IMG/VR virus record: IMGVR_UViG_3300037308_000077
Coordinates: 1-41,361 of that record
From: a virus
Length of the DNA: 41,361 bases
Reading direction: 5' to 3' (one strand)
In this document: positions 7,825 to 15,684 of the stretch, in pieces
Numbering within the stretch: the stretch's first letter is position 1
How the letters are laid out: every line of letters starts with the position of its first letter
Position numbers and translations under genes: made by a program
Notes under the pieces: generated by a model
Databases searched by the model: none
The model's input: the letters and a program-made list of their open reading frames with translations, nothing else
What the model was told of the DNA's origin: nothing

Positions 7825-8173
7825 AAAAATCCCCTTCCTTTTCCTTCAACCTTCCAGAAATGGCGGCCAATGGGCAATCGTCTTTGCAGCTTGAAAGCCG
7901 AATCAACTCGAACATTGATATAATTTGAGTCAGCTTATCATTAACGTTGTGCAACCGGGAACGAAGCGCCGATATGTCGGAGTCATGGCGATCCGCACGT
8001 TCGGAAAAGCTTTTCAGTTCGCGGTTGATCAAACGAAGATCAGACATAACTTGATCAAGCTTTTCACCCCAAAGCGCCGCTTTTGAAAACAAAAACTTCA
8101 CAAGAAACCCAATCACTGCAAAGCAAAAAGCGATCACTGAACCTAGGATCCACAATACCACATCACTTTGCAT
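7805..8173 (-). CDS. Membrane-anchored coiled-coil lysis protein (holin or i-spanin-like)
   Basis: N-terminal TM segment 'VVLWILGSVIAFCFAVIGFLVKFLF' followed by a coiled coil. It overlaps the endolysin start by 20 nt. Confidence 0.5.
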   Translation of the reverse strand: MQSDVVLWILGSVIAFCFAVIGFLVKFLFSKAALWGEKLDQVMSDLRLINRELKSFSERADRHDSDISALRSRLHNVNDKLTQIISMFELIRLSSCKDDCPLAAISGRLKEKEGDFYDSNHR

Positions 8174-8185
8174 GGCGGCTTCCCT

Positions 8186-8422
8186 TCATTGCGTCACTGG
8201 TATGGCTTGCCCAACTTGCGCTTCCATGTTGCGCTTGATCATCTCGAACCGTTTTGGAGAAAAGCGAAACTCGCAGATCACCGGAAGCTCAACCCTGGTT
8301 TCATCGGCAAGAATAAAGAACCGCGCGTTGCCGCCAACTTCAAGAATCCCGTCACCTTTGACGTTCTTCAGAGTTTTCCAAAACCATTCCTTCGGGTATC
8401 GATATTTAACAGAATAAAACAT
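8186..8422 (-). CDS. Hypothetical protein between tail fibre and lysis genes (possible fibre chaperone by position)
   Basis: 78-aa ORF; assignment by position only. Confidence 0.4.
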   Translation of the reverse strand: MFYSVKYRYPKEWFWKTLKNVKGDGILEVGGNARFFILADETRVELPVICEFRFSPKRFEMIKRNMEAQVGQAIPVTQ

Positions 8423-8440
8423 TGGGGTTTCCTTTCTTTG

Positions 8441-10492
8441 TTAAGCGATTCTCATGATGTATCTACAAGCGATGTACTTAGGCCGAATGTCAAAAGTTGA
8501 AGACAAACTTGATCCAGAAGTCACCGCATTGTTTGTTACGGTATGAGTCAAGGTTGTGCTTTCGTTTGCTGAAGTCACAGTTCCATTCGTTACGGTATGG
8601 GTTGTTGGCCCGCCGCTTCCAGAAGTGACGGCATTGTTTGTTACGGTATGGGTTGTTGGCCCGCCGCTTCCGCTTGTCATTGCTGCATTGCCATCAACAC
8701 CGCCAGTCACAAGACCAATGAGGCCGGAAGGTTTGACATTCGTTGTCCCAAGAGTTTGACCGGCGGCCGAACCGCTTGCAAGTGATATGTTTGTCGGGTT
8801 TGTAAGGGTTTGACCCGCCGCACTTCCAGTTGCGTTGACTGAGTTCCATGTTGCTGTTGCGCCGCCAGAAGATATCTGATTAACGCCATAATTCCATTCC
8901 GCCGCTCCGGGGTTTCCGAACGTAGTAGCATTAGACGCCATGAAGTGACTATGTGCATTTTGATCAGAGTTCCATTGGTTTTTGTTTATTGTAACAGTGC
9001 TTGCGGCATGAGTGTGAAAAATATTCGTCGTACCAGTTACCGCGCTTGCGGCATGAGTGTGGCCAATATTTGTCGCAAGATTCGCGTCGGTTCCCATGCC
9101 GTGATAGTGCGCTGGCGCAATGTGAGTGTGTGCCGCGTGATCTGCAACCGTTACATTCGAAGTCACCGCGTGCGTGTGCGCTGAATGATCAGACACCGCA
9201 ACGTTCGAAGTGACTTGATGTGTGTGATTGCCATGATCGGCAACCGCAACGTTGCTTGTTACAGAATGAGTGTGGCTCAAGTCTTTTGTGTTCGCACTTG
9301 CCGTTGTTGATGAAGTCGTGCCGGTTGTTCCCATCAAAAAAGCCGAGTCATTGATGTTTGGCACAACCTGGCCGTTCATCGGCGAAGTCGCATCGGCGAT
9401 TGTTTGGCCGTTGCATTGAACAAAACCGTTTGCGTCGGCCGCCGTTGTTGCCGTGCAATTGTAAGCGCCAGTCATATGCGGAAAGATCGCAATCACCGCA
9501 CCGAGCGGAAGCATCCCAACCAACGGCACGTTTGGCGCCGGCTTCAAACTGGCAATGTTCGCGTTGGCCGGCGCCTTCATTTGCCATCCGGTTCGATCCG
9601 AAAGAGTCTTCATGAAGCCGGTGATTGATCCATTTTCTTCGATATCATGGCCGCTTAGGCCGCCGCTTGAAGCCGCGCCGCCTTTGTTTATGGTGATCAG
9701 TTTGTCGGTGACATTTGCGTTCGTTGTCTCAACATTGATCACATCACCATAGACATTGACGGTTGCGCCTGCGCGGCCAATGTCAACCTGGTTGGCGTTT
9801 TGATCGCCAATCTTGAGCACGCCGACATCACGCCGGTCAACCCGTTGTGTCAAGGTTGTTGTCGCGTCACTGATCGTTGCGAACACTTCGTCAAACCGTT
9901 GCGCCAGCGAACCGATATCTAGGCCAGCGGCACCGGCAACGAGGTTTGCCGTAAGGGTTGGGTTGGGATCGTCTTGCAGGTATGGCCTCGAAAATACTTC
10001 GCGCCAATCGGTGCCGTCACGGATCAGAAGGATCCAAAGCGCGCTTTCGGTGAGTGCAAGATCGACACCGCGCCGAAGGAAGATCTGACCGGCGCCGCCA
10101 GCGGCGTGTTTGATCGTCACGTCACGGGAATCACTCACCGTTCGCAAAAGCAAAAGGCGGCCGTTGTCGAGGTTTGTTGTTACGATGTTTGTGAGATCGT
10201 CAGCGCCAGCCATGGCTTCGGTATCAACCGAATGAACACCGCGCGTTGGTGTTATCACACCGCTGGCGATTGTTAGGGTTGTCGTTGGTTGCGCTCCAAG
10301 ATCAACGTCTTGCTTACTCTCAAGATATTGAAGCCAATCATAAGTGTATTTGTGCAACCAATTGAAGAAATTGTGAGGCGGCGCCTCAACAATCCAACCG
10401 AGATCTTTCTTGAACTCAGGCGGTTCAGTTATCGCCGCCGATCCGCCTGTTGCGAACCTCGGTTTTTGTAATGGCTTAGTCAACTCTGTCAT
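8441..10492 (-). CDS. Tail fibre / receptor-binding protein with a tail-collar-like domain, an HxH repeat array and THTVTN repeats
   Basis: It lies downstream of the baseplate genes. 'GMLPLGAVIAIFPH...FVQCNGQTIAD' is collar-like. There are repeated 'HTHxVTSNVAVxDH' units, and the C-terminus is 'FDIRPKYIACRYIMRIA'. Confidence 0.8.
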   Translation of the reverse strand: MTELTKPLQKPRFATGGSAAITEPPEFKKDLGWIVEAPPHNFFNWLHKYTYDWLQYLESKQDVDLGAQPTTTLTIASGVITPTRGVHSVDTEAMAGADDLTNIVTTNLDNGRLLLLRTVSDSRDVTIKHAAGGAGQIFLRRGVDLALTESALWILLIRDGTDWREVFSRPYLQDDPNPTLTANLVAGAAGLDIGSLAQRFDEVFATISDATTTLTQRVDRRDVGVLKIGDQNANQVDIGRAGATVNVYGDVINVETTNANVTDKLITINKGGAASSGGLSGHDIEENGSITGFMKTLSDRTGWQMKAPANANIASLKPAPNVPLVGMLPLGAVIAIFPHMTGAYNCTATTAADANGFVQCNGQTIADATSPMNGQVVPNINDSAFLMGTTGTTSSTTASANTKDLSHTHSVTSNVAVADHGNHTHQVTSNVAVSDHSAHTHAVTSNVTVADHAAHTHIAPAHYHGMGTDANLATNIGHTHAASAVTGTTNIFHTHAASTVTINKNQWNSDQNAHSHFMASNATTFGNPGAAEWNYGVNQISSGGATATWNSVNATGSAAGQTLTNPTNISLASGSAAGQTLGTTNVKPSGLIGLVTGGVDGNAAMTSGSGGPTTHTVTNNAVTSGSGGPTTHTVTNGTVTSANESTTLTHTVTNNAVTSGSSLSSTFDIRPKYIACRYIMRIA
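8507..8677 (-). repeat. In-frame tandem repeat (51/54-nt period; 17-18 aa 'TSGSGGPTTHTVTNNAV') near the fibre C-terminus
   Basis: The 32-nt string gttacggtatgggttgttggcccgccgcttcc occurs at 8589-8620 and 8640-8671. A third, diverged copy starts at about 8535. Confidence 0.85.
8948..9274 (-). repeat. In-frame His-x-His repeat array in the tail fibre (16-aa units HTHxVTSNVAVxDHxx, then degenerate HTH/HYH/HSH)
   Basis: Residues ~407-515: 'SHTHSVTSNVAVADHGNHTHQVTSNVAVSDHSAHTHAVTSNVTVADHAAHTHIAPAHYHG...GHTHAAS...FHTHAAS...AHSH'. Confidence 0.8.
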
Positions 10493-10504
10493 CGCTCAAC
10501 CCTT

Positions 10505-11089
10505 TCAAAAAGCCGTTGTGAACTCACCGCCAACGCCGGTGACCGGATATGTGTCAAACCCCTTCCCGAAAAGATCGGGATGTGTCGCAAAAACAAATGG
10601 ATTTTGTGAAGTGCCGAATTGCAGGTATGCAACGCGAACGCCGGCCGGCGCAACGGCCTGAACCAAGGTTTTGATGTATGTGAGATCTGGCACGTTCGCG
10701 GTTGTTATTGCAGTCATAACAACCTTGGCATCAAAAACCTCTTGAAGCTGAACAAACCGTGCCTGAAGTAAGTCGGCATATATTCGTATCATTTCTTCAG
10801 GCGTGCCGGCGGCAATGTTTCGCGTCACCTTGAAGAATAACCGGCTTCGGAAATTCTGATCGGTGTCTCCAAGGCGAAGCTCATCAAGAACATTTCCCCA
10901 TCGATCAAGAGTTGCACCGGTTGCTGTTTGCAATGTGCGGCCTTCGATCATCGAATAGAAGACTTGCTCCAATTCCTGAATCTGAACGGCATCGGCTTCG
11001 ATTATGCCTTCAATCCGTGCCTTTGCACGGAATTGATACATCAACCGATCTTTCGCATCTTGCACATGCGTTGTGATTAAGTCGATCAT
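10505..11089 (-). CDS. Baseplate/tail-fibre-proximal protein (position of P2 gpI / Mu gp48-type wedge protein)
   Basis: 194-aa ORF that overlaps the baseplate-J stop (ATGA-type overlap at 11086-11089). Assigned by position. Confidence 0.45.
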   Translation of the reverse strand: MIDLITTHVQDAKDRLMYQFRAKARIEGIIEADAVQIQELEQVFYSMIEGRTLQTATGATLDRWGNVLDELRLGDTDQNFRSRLFFKVTRNIAAGTPEEMIRIYADLLQARFVQLQEVFDAKVVMTAITTANVPDLTYIKTLVQAVAPAGVRVAYLQFGTSQNPFVFATHPDLFGKGFDTYPVTGVGGEFTTAF

Positions 11090-12582
11090 GCGCTTGTCAC
11101 CTCAAGCCTGGAAGCATCGAACTTTGCCAATTCCGTTGGCCCAATTGCCAGGTTCACCGTTCCGGTTGGATTCGGCGCGAAGCCTGCGCGGATCACGATT
11201 CCAAGAACGCCAGGAATCCCGTTAATGGCGTTGAAGAACCGAACAAGCACCACGTCTTGACCGATCTCGAAAGTGTTGCCGTAAGATAACACGGCATCCC
11301 GAACAAGGTCATCACCGTTTGCAGGATAGACACCGCCGGTTTCCGAAGGATCCGTGTTCTTTGTGATATCGACTTCAAGCCATATGTCGGCAGTTGTTGG
11401 CCGAGAAAACTTCACAACCTGAACGAAACCTTGAGAGTCGATCACGTTGCCGCTGAAGTTCCCAACGGTTTCAATCCCGGCCGGCTTGGTTTCCCATATG
11501 GTATCAAGAATGTCCTGATCCTCACCGCCGTCAACATATGCTTCATATGAGTGCGGCGGCCGGCCGTCACCGTCAACGGTGTCTTGGTTGTTCTCGATCA
11601 CAAAGGCGTTAGTGACACCGGAAACCTGGCGCAAGGTTGTCACGATACCGTTCACGGTTGCGGTGCCTGCGCGTTGCAAGCTTTCCAGGCGGCGCAACCT
11701 AAGTTCGGCATCGGTTTCGAGTTCCCGACCAACGTTGGCATCCAAGAGGTTCACAACCGAATCGACACCGAAGATTGGAGTTTCGATCACCGTAAGCGTG
11801 CCGGCCGGCGCGGCGATTGCGCCGGTATTCTGCGCGCGGCAAAGCACATCAACAAACGGAAGCCAACCCTTGACCGTTTCTTCAATCGTCACCGTGATCG
11901 GGTTGCTGGCGCCGTCAACCAGGGTTGAACCGGTGATTGTCACGGCCGGTTGTTCCTTCTGGCCGTCACTGCCAGCGAACTCGATTGTCAGGCCAGCGGT
12001 ATAACTTCCGGTGACAATCACGCCGGAAAGATTGGAAAGCGCGTTCAGCGCCGTCTGAATGTTCGCGTTCGATTCGTTGAAAGCCAGCACGGCGGTTGTC
12101 TGGCCGTCAAAGGTGATCTGCCATTGGCCGGCCGCTGGCACCGCCGAGAAGACAAGCTTTTGCTTTTCGTTCAGGCCAGCGGCAATGGTGCCGTCGAACA
12201 CGGTGATGAAGCGCGAAGTTGGCACGTTCTCAACCGAGAAGATTAGGCCAATGGGAACGTAAGTTCCAAGAGTGCCAACAACCCGCACCGTGACTTGGGA
12301 AAAGGTTGCTGCAAGCCTTGTTGCGCCAGTGAGTGCGGCCGCGTTGTCGAGAGACACACCGCTTGCGGTATCAGGAAACGCCGAGTTGTACAGTTCTTCA
12401 GCAAGTTCCCAAAGCAATGCTTCACGTTCGGAATAGATGCCAATTGTTTGCCCAAAGATCGAAGTCGGAAGCAAGTTGATCTCATTTCCGAAGATCGTTC
12501 GGAATGAAGTTTCAAGCTCGGCGCGAATCACCGGCTGGCGCTTTTTCACAAAACCCGTTTCGGTCAAACCGTAAGTTGTCAT
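11086..12582 (-). CDS. Baseplate J-like wedge protein (T4 gp6 / Mu gp47 / P2 gpJ family)
   Basis: The N-terminus 'TYGLTETGFVKKRQPVIRAELETSFRTIFGNEINLLPTSIFGQ...DNAAALTG' matches the Baseplate_J pattern. Size and synteny also fit. Confidence 0.8.
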   Translation of the reverse strand: MTTYGLTETGFVKKRQPVIRAELETSFRTIFGNEINLLPTSIFGQTIGIYSEREALLWELAEELYNSAFPDTASGVSLDNAAALTGATRLAATFSQVTVRVVGTLGTYVPIGLIFSVENVPTSRFITVFDGTIAAGLNEKQKLVFSAVPAAGQWQITFDGQTTAVLAFNESNANIQTALNALSNLSGVIVTGSYTAGLTIEFAGSDGQKEQPAVTITGSTLVDGASNPITVTIEETVKGWLPFVDVLCRAQNTGAIAAPAGTLTVIETPIFGVDSVVNLLDANVGRELETDAELRLRRLESLQRAGTATVNGIVTTLRQVSGVTNAFVIENNQDTVDGDGRPPHSYEAYVDGGEDQDILDTIWETKPAGIETVGNFSGNVIDSQGFVQVVKFSRPTTADIWLEVDITKNTDPSETGGVYPANGDDLVRDAVLSYGNTFEIGQDVVLVRFFNAINGIPGVLGIVIRAGFAPNPTGTVNLAIGPTELAKFDASRLEVTSA

Positions 12583-12583
12583 A

Positions 12584-12937
12584 TCAAACCCCTACAAAAC
12601 CGGAATAATCTAAGACGCCTTCATCAGTCAGCGCCGAAAAGGAAATGTTCAGTTGTCTGCCAACAAGTTCAAAGGTCAATGAGTTGAGCGAATTGACACC
12701 CGGAGTGTCCAAGATTGCCTTTGTGAAAACCGCGTTAAGCACCGTCAAGTCAGGGTTCTTTTTGAAAACGTTGTCGAAGTAAGGCACTCCGATCCGTTCA
12801 TCCAAAAACCACTCACCGCGAAAGGCACGCAACCGGATCTCAAGGTGTTGCCGTATAGCATCGATGCCGGTTGTCCGGGAAACATCGCCTTCAGTCACTT
12901 TGATATCGCCGCTTGTGTCAATTGCTAGATCGCTCAT
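12584..12937 (-). CDS. gp25/GPW-like baseplate wedge protein
   Basis: 'IDAIRQHLEIRLRAFRGEWFLDERIGVPY' is typical of the GPW_gp25 fold. It lies immediately upstream of baseplate J. Confidence 0.7.
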   Translation of the reverse strand: MSDLAIDTSGDIKVTEGDVSRTTGIDAIRQHLEIRLRAFRGEWFLDERIGVPYFDNVFKKNPDLTVLNAVFTKAILDTPGVNSLNSLTFELVGRQLNISFSALTDEGVLDYSGFVGV

Positions 12938-12945
12938 TGTTCACC

Positions 12946-13188
12946 TCAACTCACCGTTCCCGTGCCTGATCCCGTCACCGGCCAAGTGCCAGCACTCGAA
13001 CCGCCAGCAACAACCGCGTTGCCTGATACCGTTGTCGCGACAACCGCCGCCGATTGGATATGTTCAACAACCGCTTCCGAGATCGCCTGTATGACTTGTT
13101 GCTGAATTGCCGGATCAACAGGCGCGCCAAAAAGCGCGTCAAGTTTTGACTTGATTAGACTTGTAAGGGTTGAAGCCGAAAGCGCCAT
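12946..13188 (-). CDS. Hypothetical small baseplate-module protein
   Basis: 80-aa ORF in the operon. Confidence 0.45.
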   Translation of the reverse strand: MALSASTLTSLIKSKLDALFGAPVDPAIQQQVIQAISEAVVEHIQSAAVVATTVSGNAVVAGGSSAGTWPVTGSGTGTVS

Positions 13189-13189
13189 A

Positions 13190-13939
13190 TCAATTTCCCT
13201 TCTCGGTTAAGACCACATCGGACAAGAATTTTTTGTCAGCAATCGGCGAACTCTTGAGCGCGTCAAGCGCCGTCTTCGCCTGGTTCAGAAGAACAGCCTT
13301 TGCAGGGTTTGGCGCCGTTGGTGAACCTGGCGAAGTTGTCAGCACATGGTCACCGGCGATCAAGATATCGAGAATGTCGGCAAGCTGTTCGTGGATATCT
13401 TCAAGGTATGTTTTGAGAACAAGGCCAAGCGGCACCGGTTCAGTTTGCTCGGCGCCGTCTTTACCGAGGCCAATGAAGCCTTCGCCAATCCGGATCCTCA
13501 TATCGTCTTGAACGAGATCCGCAAAGCCGTCTTCGCCTTCAAACTCTGAACCTCTTGCAAAGAGGCCAGGAATACAAACGGCATCGCTCAAGTCATGCTT
13601 GCGAAAGTCTTTCGGATCAATCACACCGCCTTTCAATCGCCAGGCGTCAATCGAACGTTCGCAAAAGATGATCAGCACGGTGTCATCTTTCGCGATTGGA
13701 AAGTGAAGATAACCCTTCTCTGTTCTCTGAAAAATAACAGGTATGCTTGTCAGCAAAGGAAGGTTGACAACGGTGCCATCGGCGTATTTTTTGCGAATGG
13801 CTGGTTGCACATCGGCGGTTTGAGTCTTCGGATCGTAAGACACAACAACGCCAGGCATGGCGGTATGAACGCCTGCAAGTCGCGCCTCGATTGCGTTCTT
13901 GATCATATCTTGCAAAGTTGGCGTATGTTGTTGGCTCAT
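13190..13939 (-). CDS. Baseplate central spike / gpV-gp138-like protein
   Basis: 'GVHTAMPGVVVSYDPKTQTADVQPAIRKKY.DGTVVNLPLLTSIPVIF' shows the OB-fold spike N-terminal pattern. Synteny supports the call. Confidence 0.65.
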   Translation of the reverse strand: MSQQHTPTLQDMIKNAIEARLAGVHTAMPGVVVSYDPKTQTADVQPAIRKKYADGTVVNLPLLTSIPVIFQRTEKGYLHFPIAKDDTVLIIFCERSIDAWRLKGGVIDPKDFRKHDLSDAVCIPGLFARGSEFEGEDGFADLVQDDMRIRIGEGFIGLGKDGAEQTEPVPLGLVLKTYLEDIHEQLADILDILIAGDHVLTTSPGSPTAPNPAKAVLLNQAKTALDALKSSPIADKKFLSDVVLTEKGN

Positions 13940-14793
13940 TTTGCTATGTATGCCTCACATTTTGAGATCCAATCACCCTCTTGGGAGTCACCTTCGTGAA
14001 CAACTTTTGCGATCCTGTATGTTCCATTGATCTCTTGCGACTCAATCTTGACAAGCCGGCCAGGCTTGAGCGCCGGTTGCAAAAGCATCGAAAACTCAAT
14101 ACCGCCATCGGAAGCCTTGGGATCTTGTTCGCTTACTTTGATCGTGCCAGGCGAACCAATGAGGCCAGTTGAAGCCGAAGCAACAAACGCCTGGCCAAGC
14201 AATCCCTTGTCTTTTTCTAAAAACTGAAGTTCGCCGTCTTGCACCGACCATTCAAGATCCAAGCCTTGCGTGACTTGGTTCAGAATTTCCGAGGCCGAAC
14301 CGCTTAGAATTAAGCCGGTGCCGAATGTTTTGAATTGAGACAAAAGCACATTCTTCACCGCCGTGACACCGCCGGCCTTCACATTCAGCAAGGCATCACC
14401 AAGCTTTCCAAGAACGTCTTGCGCGTTCGAACCGGCCGGCAAACTCACATCGATCTTTGCTTCCCGGAAAGCCTTTTCCCCGTCACCACATTCAATCTCG
14501 GTGATCCAATCGGCGCTTTGCTTTCTGGTTGTTGCCTTGGCAATGTTGCCAATGAATATCTTTTCCAGGTTGTCACCGTAACCAACTTCCAAAGAACATA
14601 TCGCCTCTTTGGCTTCAAACCTTGTTCGGGAATCTTTTGAAAGATTGTAGATCAGGATCGTGCTGGTATTCGGCGTTGGTGAAAGGCTTTTCTCGATTGT
14701 GAAAGAAACGCGGAAGCCGGCAAATTCTTTTTCAAGAGTGCCAGCACCGCCAACGCGCAACCGCGCACTTCTCAGGTATTGCCTTGCCATCAT
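13936..14793 (-). CDS. Baseplate hub-like tail protein (gpD/XkdQ/gp27-type position)
   Basis: ORF with start 'MMARQYL' at 14793, which forms an ATGA overlap with the upstream stop. Assigned by synteny between the tape measure and the spike. Confidence 0.5.
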   Translation of the reverse strand: MMARQYLRSARLRVGGAGTLEKEFAGFRVSFTIEKSLSPTPNTSTILIYNLSKDSRTRFEAKEAICSLEVGYGDNLEKIFIGNIAKATTRKQSADWITEIECGDGEKAFREAKIDVSLPAGSNAQDVLGKLGDALLNVKAGGVTAVKNVLLSQFKTFGTGLILSGSASEILNQVTQGLDLEWSVQDGELQFLEKDKGLLGQAFVASASTGLIGSPGTIKVSEQDPKASDGGIEFSMLLQPALKPGRLVKIESQEINGTYRIAKVVHEGDSQEGDWISKCEAYIAK

Positions 14794-15110
14794 GCCGCCT
14801 CTTGATACAAAAGCACACACCGGCTTCCGAAGTCGCTTTTAGTACATTCAACATTCTTGCCAGAAGTATCATACAACATAAGAAAACCAGGCGGCAAGCT
14901 TCGACGATTGAACCGGCTTGTCAAGTCAGAGTTCACAACCATGGGAACGCCAGCGATCAAAAGGTTCAAGTCGGAGTCAAAAATAGACATTGACCACAAC
15001 CCGGTGCGCGTGTTGAACTCGACTTCAAAGTTGTACGTCAACCCTTCAAGGTCAATCGAGAAGTCATAAGCATCAAGGTCATTTCGCAAAGGTATTTGAA
15101 TTATAGCCAT
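14790..15110 (-). CDS. Hypothetical tail/baseplate protein
   Basis: ORF with likely start 'MAIIQIPL' (TAATG overlap with the upstream stop). The track start at 15128 is also possible. Confidence 0.5.
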   Translation of the reverse strand: MAIIQIPLRNDLDAYDFSIDLEGLTYNFEVEFNTRTGLWSMSIFDSDLNLLIAGVPMVVNSDLTSRFNRRSLPPGFLMLYDTSGKNVECTKSDFGSRCVLLYQEAA

Positions 15111-15676
15111 TATCTCAACCCCGTCCATTTGCTCATGATTGACGCGCCATCATCAGAAACCTTTGAAGCTGGCGCGCCGCCCGTAACCTTTCCCAAAGAT
15201 GACTTGCTTTGAAAAGATGAAGCCGAAACCTGAATTGATATTGTCGCACTTTCGACGATTCGAACCTCTTGGAAAACAGCGGTAAACCGAAGCGCGCGGC
15301 CGGTGTCGGCCGAACGCGGCACCGTCAAAGTTTTCAGGATCATGTTGTTGTATTGCTTGAGGCCAGTGATCACGTCAACCGGTTCACGATCCTCTTGCAA
15401 TGCAAGCAATTCTTCATAAGTTTTCCGGCTTCGGTTGTCGTCAAAAAGCGAAGTGAGGCCAGCCAAAAACTTCACCGGCGTATCTGAAACCAAGCCTTCA
15501 ACCGTAAGCATCACCGGCTTGAAGAACACATGATCGGAAACATTGGCGCCGGCCTCAACCGGGTTTTCGGTGATATCGCAATTTGTCTCATGAGTTTCAG
15601 CAACGGCAACATCGACTTCGATTTGAGCAATCGAAAGTTTCTTTTTTGTGCCATAGACAAGGCTCAACAATCCCAT
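15110..15676 (-). CDS. Putative distal-tail (Dit-like) protein
   Basis: It lies directly downstream of the tape measure. 'IAQIEVDVAV..H....DITENPVEAGANVSDHVF.KP..LTVEGLVS'. Confidence 0.45.
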   Translation of the reverse strand: MGLLSLVYGTKKKLSIAQIEVDVAVAETHETNCDITENPVEAGANVSDHVFFKPVMLTVEGLVSDTPVKFLAGLTSLFDDNRSRKTYEELLALQEDREPVDVITGLKQYNNMILKTLTVPRSADTGRALRFTAVFQEVRIVESATISIQVSASSFQSKSSLGKVTGGAPASKVSDDGASIMSKWTGLR

Positions 15677-15684
15677 GGTTCACC

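Noticed and set aside
8441-10492. Tail-fibre repeats as the variable region of a diversity-generating retroelement
   Set aside because: There is no reverse transcriptase gene anywhere in the genome, and no template/variable repeat pair with adenine-specific mismatches. The repeats are in-frame tandem duplications.
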